Shown piece by piece: positions 1 to 10,400 of a stretch of 36,001 nucleotides of DNA. The notes under the pieces were generated by a model. That model was not told the DNA's origin and searched no databases. It saw nothing but the letters and a program-made list of their open reading frames with translations. The stretch's first letter is position 1. The number at the start of each line of letters is the position of its first letter. Location of the stretch: contig OZ374559.1 of NCBI GenBank assembly GCA_977862235.1, positions 3,100,001-3,136,001 on the forward strand. Reading direction: 5' to 3'. The translations under genes were made by a program, and so were the position numbers. This DNA is from Dudresnaya verticillata (lineage: Eukaryota).

Positions 1-742
1 CAGCCCTGGCACTAACGGCAATGCGGTTCACTCCTTCCCGTGCACTCTAAGCTTTGTTGAGTAAACTTTATCATCACTCCTTCCCATCGCCCAGCAAATG
101 CATCGCATACCATTTCCACGTCTTCTGCTTGCCATACACGAACCCCGCCGCGTACGGCGCACTCATTCTGATTACGTTGCGCAAGGAATGCAGTACCGCT
201 GCATCGTCCTAATCACGATTATCCCCTTCCTACCATTTCAAGAGTACTGCAGCACCTGTGCTCAGAGCGTCACAGCATAGACATCCTCTGGGACTAACAA
301 GCGTTAGCGTCCCTCTTGAGTTTCTGCTTAGAAACGTTCTCTCTCTATGTGATCTGTACAGTACCTGGACAAGCGTCTCTATGTCCGCATTGTACCCCGC
401 CGGGGCATTGCATTGTACTTGTTCTACAGTACTCTGCAACTGGCCGCGCAAAGCTATCCGAGTACGCCTATGCGAGCGCGCTGGTCTCCCTCCTATGCCA
501 CCTGACGGGCGAGTCGGGCACCCCCTGCGCCGGTTCACATCTATCCCCAAGTATCACAATCATAATCCGCAATAAGACAAGAATCCTTTTAATCGCAAGA
601 TTCAGAGTAACTCCCTTAAGGGGGTGTAATACGCACTGTTGCTAGCGCGGCGGTCAACAAGCTTGCGCCTGTTAACAGAAACCGCGACGCACTGAAATAC
701 TAAAGAGGTAAGGCGGGTGAGGGAGACCTTCTCGCTAGATGG

Positions 743-1330
743 GGCCGTTCCGTCCTCTGAAGCACCCGCATTGCTCCGAGGCCAAACTCCGCCTCATCGC
801 GTACTCCATCACACTCGTCCTGCCACTTCTTCACCGTTCGCCTCCTGTCGCAGACTTGAAACCAAGGAAATCACGAAAACAATAGATCCGCCATCCATGC
901 CGTTTCAGCAGATGCCCTAATGTACGTATACACCGCTTGTTGTACCACAGGCTCTTTACGAGTCTATAGCAACCATAACTGCATTGCTGTATGGTAGACG
1001 TTTCTACCGCTTTGCTCAGGAACGGTGACCCACGCACTTTTGCCAAGACCGTGAGAGGCGGCCGATTAATACCCCCATCTTTTTCTTCGAATAGCCCCGT
1101 CGCCTACGATCTCAAGCGTTCAACAACAGCCTTGTGTTCTGCAAATTGGAAAACGACAGCTCCTGTTTCCTTCCTATCCCAGCAGCCCTTCTTCACCTCT
1201 TTAGACGACCTCTAGAAAAGTCATTGAGCTCAAGTTTGATGAGAATTGACGAGGGTGAAATAGACACTGGGGCTTCAGAGCTACGTTATACGAGGATATG
1301 TGCCAGCTACTGCTGTACAGGATTTTGGGT
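743..1330 (-). pseudogene. Decayed minus-strand ORF of unknown function (other copies ~12272-12850, ~19963-20545, partial 14535-14719)
   Basis: The minus frame reads as a long stop-interrupted peptide (..SSEAPVSI..IEFELGDFSRGRL..LTVLAKVRG.PFLSKAVETSTI..). The overlapping plus ORFs look like antisense shadows. No family recognised. Confidence 0.3.
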
Positions 1331-1333
1331 TTA

Positions 1334-2583
1334 CGAGAACACCAACCCGGAAGGACGGTTCGTGCTGAACCTCAGTGACATGCTGACGGCTCTAGAGGTA
1401 ACCCCAGAGCGGTTGTTGAAGATTGTAGAGTTTCTTTCGAAGCTCCAGAATGAAAAGCGTCTGTTTGCACTAGTATTCGAAGACCCTAGCGGGGATGTGA
1501 TATCGGACGAGATGGTCTCGTACATGCGGGCGGTGTGCGGGATTATGGATGCGTGCAGCTGGAATGACGGGAAGCTGCTGGCGCACATCCACGAGAAGTG
1601 CGAGTTGCAGGCCACAAACACGCTAGAGTGTTTGGCAGCAGGGTGCGACGGGATGTGGAGCTGCCTGTGCGTGGAGGGTGCGGCGATCGGGCACGCGTGC
1701 TCGACGATGGTGTTGATGAACTTTGTATGGCTGGGGAATAAGAAGGTGCTGTCCAAATACCGGTGCCAGGAGTTTCGGAAGGCAGCGATCGAGGTTACGC
1801 GGCCGACGACACTGAAGGACCCGCACCCCAGCAGTGCTCGTACGGAGATCGGGCTCTGGGCCTTGTGTTTGAATCGAGCTCGATGGCGGGGCCGGGTTCA
1901 ACATGGCAGAGTTTTTCGGGAAGCGCGAGCGCGAGACGAACCGGACGACGACGCTGGAGTCACCAAACATGGTCATGAACAGGCTCAAGTACTTGTTTGG
2001 TGGTGACGTTCAGTTTACGAAGGATGTTGGAACTTTATGGTAGGGTTCGAAGGCAATGGCGCAGAAGATGCTGGCGCAGATGCTAGTGGACCTGAACGTG
2101 GATCGGAAGGAGCGACAAATGAGGAGGAGTACCAGAGCGCGATGGGACTGGTGGTGTTTTTCGACCTGTGCGGGGGCGGATGACGGGGATGATGAGCGAA
2201 GCGATTGCTCGCGTGCAGGTGCAGGACGCTCTCCACCAGCGGGTGACTGTGGATGTCCGGCAGATGTGGGACTTTTGCGACTCGAACGAGGCGCGGAATC
2301 AGGACGGGGCGCTTGACTTTGAGTCATTCTACCACGGTTTTCTCGCGCCGTACTTTGGGTGCTACCCGTGCACGGACACCAATGTGAACAACCAAGCAGG
2401 CGCTGGCCGAGATAGACATGGACAAGGATGGGGTGGTGGACTGGGAGGAGCTTCTTGTGTACGTCAAATGGGCTCTTGCACAATACCTCGAGACGAGCGA
2501 CGTGGACACGGCGATTGAGATCGGGTTGTAGAAGGGGTTGGTCTCGGGGATGAGGGACGTTAAAGTGGATGACCCGGAGATAC
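1334..2583 (+). pseudogene. 5'-truncated, frameshifted DRE-TIM metallolyase (HMGL/IPM-synthase-like) + EF-hand gene, copy A
   Basis: AHIHEKCELQATNTLECLAAGCDGMWSCLCVEGAAIGHA aligns with the HxHND.G.A.AN.L.A..AG....G.GE..GN motif of DRE-TIM enzymes. Downstream EIDMDKDGVVDWEE is an EF-hand loop. Several frameshifts, small insertions and a TAG at 2529. Confidence 0.6.
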
Positions 2584-2641
2584 ACGCTGCATTTTACCAA
2601 AGTGTCCAGCTCTATTATCCCTTAATGCCACAACTTGTGAT

Positions 2642-3140
2642 TTCCAATGCATCCCATAGCAGGTTGACAACGGATCTCTTTTCCGCCCCTGCGTGGCTGA
2701 TCAATATATCGTACGGCGTTACTGAGTCCTGTAGTTCAAAAGCGTAGTGGCCTGATCCCTGAGATACTCACTCAAGAATATGCGGCACCAGTTGTCCATA
2801 CTTCCGCATTTCCCTTCGGCCTCATCGCGTGCCTGGCATTCTTCAGTCGACACCCATGCCCGAGGTATTGACTGTAACACGCTTTTGGAGCGGCCGCGAC
2901 CTCGTTGGATGTTCGAAGGACAATCGGTAACTAGAAAATGATTCCGAGCTGCGCTGCTTCCGTGCGGAGGTCTTTTCATAACATCTTGCAGAGCTTTCAG
3001 ATATTGTTGACCCACCTTCGTCGCTGAGACGGCAACAATCGCACCTGATCGTCCACACAATCCATCAAGGGCCATAATTATGGTTGGATCTGGGAACACG
3101 TCCTTGTCACTAGAGAACCAGGCAAGTCTGGCAGAATGGC
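2642..3140 (-). pseudogene. Internally deleted relic of the Roc-COR-TIR gene (COR pieces to start of TIR)
   Basis: FSSDK|DVFPDPTII|..RPPHGSSAARNHFLVTDCP..ELQDSVTPYDI matches 7876-8992, with deletions of about 8868-8954 and about 8313-8840. Confidence 0.9.
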
Positions 3141-3379
3141 GCTTAGAATAGTAAAGGGGCATGGACACATCGGAACGGAAGTCTACTGTGTGTTTCTTCC
3201 AGCAGGTCGGTCAAGAATTATTCTACGGGAGCAACTAAGTGCTGCTACCGCACAGGACAGAAGGACAAAACCGGTATATTACATACTGTGGCATTTGTAG
3301 CTAATGCTGGCATTCGTGCTGTATTACTCCAATGGCGTACGTAGCTATCAATTCATCAAGTTACAAAACAACACAAAAA

Positions 3380-4185
3380 CCGGGCTCTAGGGCAATGGCT
3401 GCAAGCAATAACATTGCAAATTTTTGTTGCACCAATACGCTCCCCTTCGGCAATCTATATTGCTATATAGCCGCCATCATGCCCCAGTAACATCTGCAGA
3501 ATATGCTTACGTCGTGCAATAAGTTTGCAATAGACTTAGATAGTGCGAAGGAAGCATGGGGATCCATGTTAACGTTTGTGTAATGCGATGTCAAAACTGT
3601 TCATTCATTTTGAGGAATATAATAGCTTCAAAAACTTGGTGGTCATCGCCTTGCGATTGTCAGTTAGCACGTGGTCCGCAATGCTCCTGAGCCGGTCAAA
3701 CTCGGCAACGGATCTAAGAATAAAGTTGCAGTTGATAAAAGGATCTAGTTTCCAGGGTACCTTTCGCTTCTTGGCTAAACGCTGAATGATCGATGACTTG
3801 TAAATTATAAGTCATGGTGCATCATCGACGACGATGATACTGTTGGCGAGAAAGCAGACCTGGCAACTTGTTAGTGATAAAGTAGCAATGATTTGGTACT
3901 ATGTAATTTACAGCATGGGGCTAGAAAACGCTATATTCTCGGGATCAACTCTAGAGATACCGCTCCCCCGCAAACCCGAACATATGGTTATATATACTGC
4001 TTTTAGCAACAGGGCTTCTAATATTGCTACCTAACTTAACCCAATAGGTATTACAATATACATTGTCACAGCCATAAGAATTGCAATTTGCTATCATATC
4101 AGCAACTCAATATGCCATTGCTATTGTATATTGCAATATGTTGCTACTGCTATTAATTGCACGACAGCCCTGGTCACCAGCCCTG
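3380..4185 (-). mobile_element. Non-autonomous hAT-family DNA transposon relic with transposase C-terminal dimerisation-domain fragment (~3590-3794)
   Basis: Minus strand reads FINCNFILRSVAEFDRLRSIADHVLTDNRKAMT/frameshift/QVFEAIIFLKMNEQF*, resembling the hAT C-terminal ..S.A.VERL.S....LTD.R..M....E...FLK.N...W motif. Imperfect termini tagggc..tgcaa..aata / cagggc..tgcaa..aata, with many GCAA/TTGC subterminal motifs. No TSD found. Confidence 0.65.
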
Positions 4186-4373
4186 ACGCGACGCTTCTGC
4201 AACTTTCTGCGCTTCTTTTCCTCTTCTTCCCCTCTTTTTGCCCTTCTTTTCTGTCCTTTCTGTCCGTTTTCTGCAACCCATCCGACGTTATTAACCTTTT
4301 ATCCTGTCCTGTAAGACAGCCATGGCAGGGATCAAACAGATACCTACCTTTTTGTCACCCTGTCATGTGCTCA

Positions 4374-5465
4374 TTATGACGGCGCCAGAAAACTATTACA
4401 CCGGCACTTTAATCACTCAACCCTGTTCGTATTCGAAGCAACTGTGAACAATGTCGTGGCAGAGCTGTGCGACTCTCATGCATGCGATTTTAGACAAGTC
4501 TCCGAAGGGAGGTCCGTCGAACATCGTCGGTATATCTGCCCGGTCTAACAACATCTCGAACACAAATTGGAATTGGCTTCGGTGCTGAAATGGACCGCGA
4601 CCAGAGAATAGCTTTATCATCGTGTCTAGACTCCTTCGTGAAGGAAACCATGGGCGAATATATTATGTACCCATTGCGCCGATACTCCTGAAAGTTTGGA
4701 GAGAGGAAACACATGCTTGAGAACAAACAAATTGTTGAAAATATTTGTCAAGACTTGTTCACAAACTTTATCCGGACAAGACTGGCGGAGACGAAACAAA
4801 AAACAGAGCCTCACTCTTCAGATCTCTTGTACTCGATCATAGTCATCAGCAAGGGAGACATGACGTTGGACACCTCCCTGGTCGTCGAATTTGCTCTCTC
4901 CAGATACGTTTCAACCAACCAGGCCTTATCGTAGGCTGTTTACGAGACTTGCAGAAACTCTAATGTTGAATACTTGACAGGGACTGACGTTTCTACCCGC
5001 TTTAGGGACCGGCTGTTTAACCGCCCTTTATCTAGACGGAAAGTTTGAGAGCCTCCGTATCTGAACAGGGTATGTAACTGCAACAATCACGCAGCCCGCA
5101 AGACCGGTAAAATGACGCAGTGGCGGAACCAAGATCCCAAAGGGGGCATTGGTGATGAGTCTTCAAAGCTGGGCACACCTGGACCCCAAAATATGGCGCG
5201 GTCCGTTGGGGTTTGATCCGGAAGGGTGGGTCTACAGAACTTCTCGTAGAGAGGGTGACAAAGTCCGACCTGGAACTTTTGTTCCGTTTTGTAGTAGGTC
5301 TCGTGCTTGCGCCGGTAGGTTTCTTGCCAAGCACGACTAAGCTCTAATCCCCGCCGAATTGCATCGCAGTTTTATTTTCATGCTAGCTTCCGAGAAGAGC
5401 GAAGGAGTGGGAGTGAAGGCTTTTGTCGAGGTTGCAAAATCACCCTCTGTGAAGGGAGGGGGATT
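4374..5465 (+). pseudogene. Cytochrome P450 pseudogene, copy 1
   Basis: ExxR (GAA AGT TTG AGA = ESLR, ~5039), PERF-like FDPEGW and heme motif FCSRSRACAG (degenerate FxxGxRxCxG). Multiple stops and frameshifts. Confidence 0.8.
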
Positions 5466-5858
5466 AAAAAACGCTGAACAAGCGCGTTGGACTTCTGCCA
5501 GAACACAATACAGGAAACGCTATTTCTTTACGGCGTTAGAATACATGTGAATATTTGCCATGTCGTTTCTGTGCTTGTTTCAGGATGGGGAGTACTGATG
5601 AGAGCTCCTCACCTCTGGAGAGACAAGTGCCACTTCCGTGAGCACAATAACTACCTCTTCTAATAATCGATCAGAAGGAACGTTTTCTGTTTGTCCGAAC
5701 TCACAAGTAGATTACACACACGTTGTCTCCGAGAGGACCTGCGATAGATAAACTGTGGTTTAGTTTCTCGAAAGGAGGGGAACGCACAACGTACCTTGTG
5801 GGCGTAGAAAAGATGTATAAGACAAGAGCCCAACTTTTATGCTGTATACTAAGTGTTG

Positions 5859-5943
5859 TGAATCGCAACTACTATTTTTGATAATCACAACTCGTATCAA
5901 ATGAATCGCAACTACTATTTTTGTTAACCACAACCCGTATCAA
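5859..5943. repeat. Two tandem 43-bp units (tgaatcgcaactactatttttgataatcacaactcgtatcaaa)
   Basis: Units at 5859-5901 and 5902-5943. The same array occurs at 25435-25501, where the second unit is cut by a LINE. Confidence 0.9.
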
Positions 5944-7416
5944 TAGAACAGAATGTCATTTCGAGGAACGAAGAGGACCATGTAGGAGGAGACGGAAGCA
6001 GCGAGAGCTCCCAGGGTGAACGGTTACGTCTGCCACCCGTCGGAACGTTCCAGCAAATTCATGAGCTCCGTTGCGGTTTGGTACATAGCCGCACACAGCC
6101 GCCACCCACACTGATACACCCACTCACCGATCCATGCGTGCCGCCACTCGTCCCTTCGAGCTGCTAACAGCATATATGACGGGATTTTGCGTCTCAGGAG
6201 ACGAGAAACTGTCTAAACATCTCACGTGGAAGTATCTTTCAAACTCACTGGGACGAGGTCGTCGCCCTCGAAGCGAATTATGTGTTCCAGACCGTACGCA
6301 TCGGCAGTCTGGAGACCAAAAGCATTAAAGAAAGTGTGGCGAATGCGATGACCATTGCCCGTCTCGCGCATGCGAGCGACCATGGTCTCACCACCGGCCT
6401 GTCCAAACAGTTTATAGGCTCTGCCTTGCTGTTCACACTTGTTCGCCCTGGAAGCTGAAGTGAGGGCCGTCAAAGCCAAAAATGTCTGGATTCTTCGAGG
6501 CGAAAGCCATGAAGAAGGCCCGGATGCCGATGCTCTTAAAGTCGCATTCGTAGTGGAGCACGGCGTCAATTTGCAAGGGGACAATCTGCGTACTGATTCA
6601 GCAGGAGAAGCCACACGGGTGACAGCCAGCGCAGGGGTCCGTGAGGCATCGCGCTTTCGGCTGGTCGCGGCACGCGTTTTCCGCGGCGCGGCGTTCGGTG
6701 AAAGTTGCCAGCCGGGTGAAGGCACGCTGTGAAGTGCACGAGCAGCTACTAGTGTGTCGGGTGCGGGCGGTCCCCCCACAGCAAATATACTGGGACAAGG
6801 AGGGAAAAGAAACAAACGATAGGGGGTGCCGTCCATCTTCCGTGTGGCGGTGGTCGTGGGTGCTGGTTGATGTAAAAAGGTGAGTGCGAAGCGTGGTCGG
6901 TTGAAAGTGGTACATACGGGCTGCAGCAAGGACGAGATTCGTGTTCCGTTTTGCTGTTTGTCGACGGGGAGATCTTTTCGGAAGGCAGTACGGCCATTAA
7001 CAATAATGGTTTAACGCGGAAACAATAACAAGAGCGTTTTGTAAGCATGTTCAAGCCATCTTCTGACTCCGCCTGGGTTCTATGTATAGCCTGCACTTTG
7101 GTACAATCTCAAATGTTCAACAACCAGCTTTTTAAACATAGACAGGACACCGAGCTGAGCTTCGATGTCAATAGACATGGACGAAATAGAAATCAGACAC
7201 ACTACCGGTAGTAAAGCAAGCAACAACCTGGCAGTAATGGCACACACCCGCGACATTTCCACGGCCTTGTTCTTCCACGGTCGCCATATTCTGTTTCTCT
7301 GTACAGAAAGCGCATACCTAATCACACTCGACTCGTTCTACCGGCCAGATCTTGATCGCACAGGATTTTAATAGTCTTAACTCGCAAACTCGCGAGGTAC
7401 AAGATGTTTATTAGTA

Positions 7417-10400
7417 TTAACTTGCAAACTCGCGAGAGAACTTTTCTGCTGCTCTTGTTGCAAACTGAGTATCGGTCTCTCCACGGACATCGTTCCGAAC
7501 ACCGATATATCCTGTCACTTTCGCAAGTGTCTCCATTACCTCCGTCACTGGAACCTTCTTCTGCCGGTCGTGGTCGAAAAAGTGATTATCTTCAAATACA
7601 CTCCGAAATCGTTCGTCATACGGAAGCTGCTTGTCCTTGCAGTCTTCCACCTGGAGTTGGTAGAAAAGCGGGAATAGTACAGGTGACTGTGGTCCCTGCT
7701 TTCGCTCGAGAAATTCTGACAGTTCCAACATCGGCCACTTGCGAGCCACAAACGACGGAGAAAGAATGAAAGCGGCAGCCTTACTGCCGCGAATTGCCGC
7801 TCGAATTTGCTCTTCGTTTGTACGTTCCGAAACCTTCAAACTCTCTTCATCCAAAAAACATCGCAATCCCATTGCTTCCAATGCATTCCGTAGCGGGTAG
7901 GCAACAGATATCTTTTCCGGGCCTGCGTGGCTAATAAAGACATCATACGGAGTTACTGAGTCTTGTAGTTCAAAATGATCGTGGCTTGATCCGTCAGACA
8001 CACCCTCAAGAATATGTAACTTCAGTTCTCCATAGTTCCACAGTTGATTGCAATAGCATTTTCCTTCTGCCTCATCGAGTGCCTGACATTCTTCAGTCGA
8101 AACCCATGTCTGAGGTATTGACAACAACACACTTTTAGAGCCACCGCAACCCCCCTGGATGCTCGAAGGGCAATCAGTAACTAGAAAATGATTCCGAGCT
8201 GCGTTGCTTCCGTGCGGAGGTCTTGTCAAAAAATCTTCCATAGCTTTCAAACATTCTTGAGCCACCTTCATTGCTGAGACGGCATTGCACCTGATCGTCC
8301 ACACAATCCATCTTTTCTTAGGAACGAAGCAAACAACAACGCGGCAAGTCCCCTTCAGAGAAAGAATTACAGCATCTTGGCGAAGTTCCGGTGGCTTTGT
8401 TCGCTCTCCTCCGATAGTGCGATGAAGGAATGCAACAAAGTAGCCCTCCAAGCCAGGGGGAATGGCATCGTCAAAGATGGTTCTCAAAACAATTTCGCAC
8501 TCTCCTTCTTTCGTAGGGCACTGGAATCCCTCCCAACCTTTGGGAAGCAACGACGGAATCCCGACTAGCTCCTTCCGCTCATCACCCTCCGTCTCTGTAG
8601 AGTGCAAACGCATTAGAATGCCAAACCGGCACAGAATGTCAAGCATCACATCTCGAACAGGAGGTAGGTATTTACACCACAATTCATCCAGTCCCTTTCG
8701 TGGGATCAACCCGTTCTCGTAACTTTCTGCTTCATGCTGTCCTAGAGTTTGCAAACTCCTTTCAAACTCTTTCGCTTCTTCTTCACCCAGTCTTTCTCGC
8801 ATAAACTCAGCCGGGCCCGTGACCTGTCGAATAAAGTCCAGAATAACTGTTGGATCTGGGAACACGTACCATCCCTCGGCCGTCTGAACTTCGACGATAT
8901 GCCCTTGTTGGCCCTGGAATTGGACGCATTTCTCAACGTCTGCTTCTCTCTCCTCCTTGTCACTAGAGAATCCGGGAAGTCTGGCAGCATGGCTATGGAC
9001 TTCTCCCATTGCCAAAAAGACTTCTTGGCTTTCAGTGGCGTCTGACAAAATGGCTTCCCTGAGGGCAGCCCACCGAACTGGAACCTCTTCCCTTCCGTCA
9101 AGAATGTCTTCACTCGCTTCCTTGATAAACTTCTCTAGTTCCACAACGCCTGACCCGGCACGGTCTTGTTCAGCACTGCTGTTCTTGTTCTCGATGGCAA
9201 CCCACCGACACTTGCATTTGTCGACATCACCCTTCTCCCGTACCCAGTCATCGTAGACAGCCCTTCCGAGATGCTTTCGCAGTTTTTGTCGCAGCTGCTG
9301 AAACAAGCCTTCAGGGCTTTCAACTTCTGCCTTCCTGGTTCCCACCAGGATCACCCAAACATTTTTCGGGGTTTGCGAAGATGCATGTGCCATTTGCATC
9401 CAGTTGCATAGTTCTAACACTTCGTCCTCTTGGATGACTTCTGACGCAAACCTTTTCAGATCTACCACGAAAACAAAAATGGAAGCGCGGCGGATGAAGA
9501 TTGCGGGAACACTGAGGTACTCTGCCTGACCCCCAAGGTCCCAGCATTGCACCAACGCAGCTCGATTATCCGCCGGAAAGTCGGAACTCATGAGCCCTTG
9601 CCGTGCTGCTTCCCAAATGGGAGACGCTTGGGAGTTGATAGACTGCGAAGCAGCAATACTGGGCGGAGCTGGTGGTTGTTGAGCAGTGGTATGGCTGCTT
9701 GCCAATGTGTCTCCACTCTGGGGAACGGTCCTCTTGGTCGGAGGAGCTCGCTTGAGCCAAGTGGGGAGTTTAAGGTGGAACCTTGCGGTGGATTTTTCAC
9801 TCGGCCGCGATGATGCATCAGTTGCAGTTGGGAGAAACGCCGATCCAGCTCGAAAGGAGCCGGCATCGGATGCACTTGCTGTAGATGACGTTGGTCGTTC
9901 CATTGGCGTGGGTAACACTGGAATACCTGACCGTGACATGAGGGCATGGAAGGCCTCGCTGTTGAAAGCGAGTTGGTCGACAATGTCATCGTCCAACTTG
10001 GGGCCGTCCGGGACGACAAGAGTGCGACTCAGCGACACAAAGTGTGTCGGCTGGTGGGTGGCAACGAAGGGCATGGAGCGCAGGCTCCTTACCGTGCTTG
10101 TCTTGCCGCGTGCCGCACCGCCAAGAACAAGAAGAAAGCACTGCCGTGGCTTTGCTGTGGCGGTCTTGAGGGTGTTTTCAACAAGTGTGCTGGTGTCACC
10201 GATGCGGTTGACAAGGTATTGCGACCGCTCGCTGAAGAATCCAAGCTGAAGAGGCGTTACCTGTTGATGCGCTGCTTGTTGATGCAGTTGGGCTGCTGCG
10301 CGCTCATCACGAGCAACACCGACATCTCCGCGGCCAAGCAATGTGGCGAGCTCATAGAGTGCGGTGCGGGTGCGATGGAGTTCGATTGAGCGTTGGAAGA

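Larger units (their letters stand above)
743..5922. repeat. Segmental duplication, copy of 19963-25501 (EF-hand pseudogene + ROCO relic + hAT relic + P450 pseudogene + 43-bp repeats)
   Basis: Starts ggccgttccgtcctctgaagcac at 743 and 19963 (also 12272). Long near-identical stretches follow (e.g. 3181-3600 vs 22342-22761). The distal copy has ~535 extra bp (24621-25155) and lacks ~140 bp after gagacaagtgccac. Confidence 0.95.

Noticed and set aside
1..640. Possible 3' end of a LINE (Cys-containing frames such as EYCSTCAQ, hairpin cccttaaggg near 613) and cagccctg at position 1 matching the hAT terminus
   Set aside because: No complete diagnostic motif, and the upstream context is outside the window.
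2642..3140. Deletions in the ROCO relic as spliced introns (processed retrocopy)
   Set aside because: The deleted 87-bp segment lacks GT..AG ends and encodes conserved COR sequence.
5859..5943. 43-bp repeats as a CRISPR array
   Set aside because: Two head-to-tail units with no spacers, no cas genes, and a eukaryotic context.
6134..7371. ORFs 6222-6929 (-), 6439-6732 (+), 7080-7325 (-) as genes
   Set aside because: No recognisable motifs. 6439-6732 looks protein-like but lacks an ATG and is preceded by stops, so it is at most an unidentifiable relic.
10099..10122. P-loop as an NB-ARC/NACHT STAND ATPase
   Set aside because: Downstream WDLGGQ, VGT and COR motifs indicate a Roc GTPase; no Walker B hhhhDD or GLPL motif seen.
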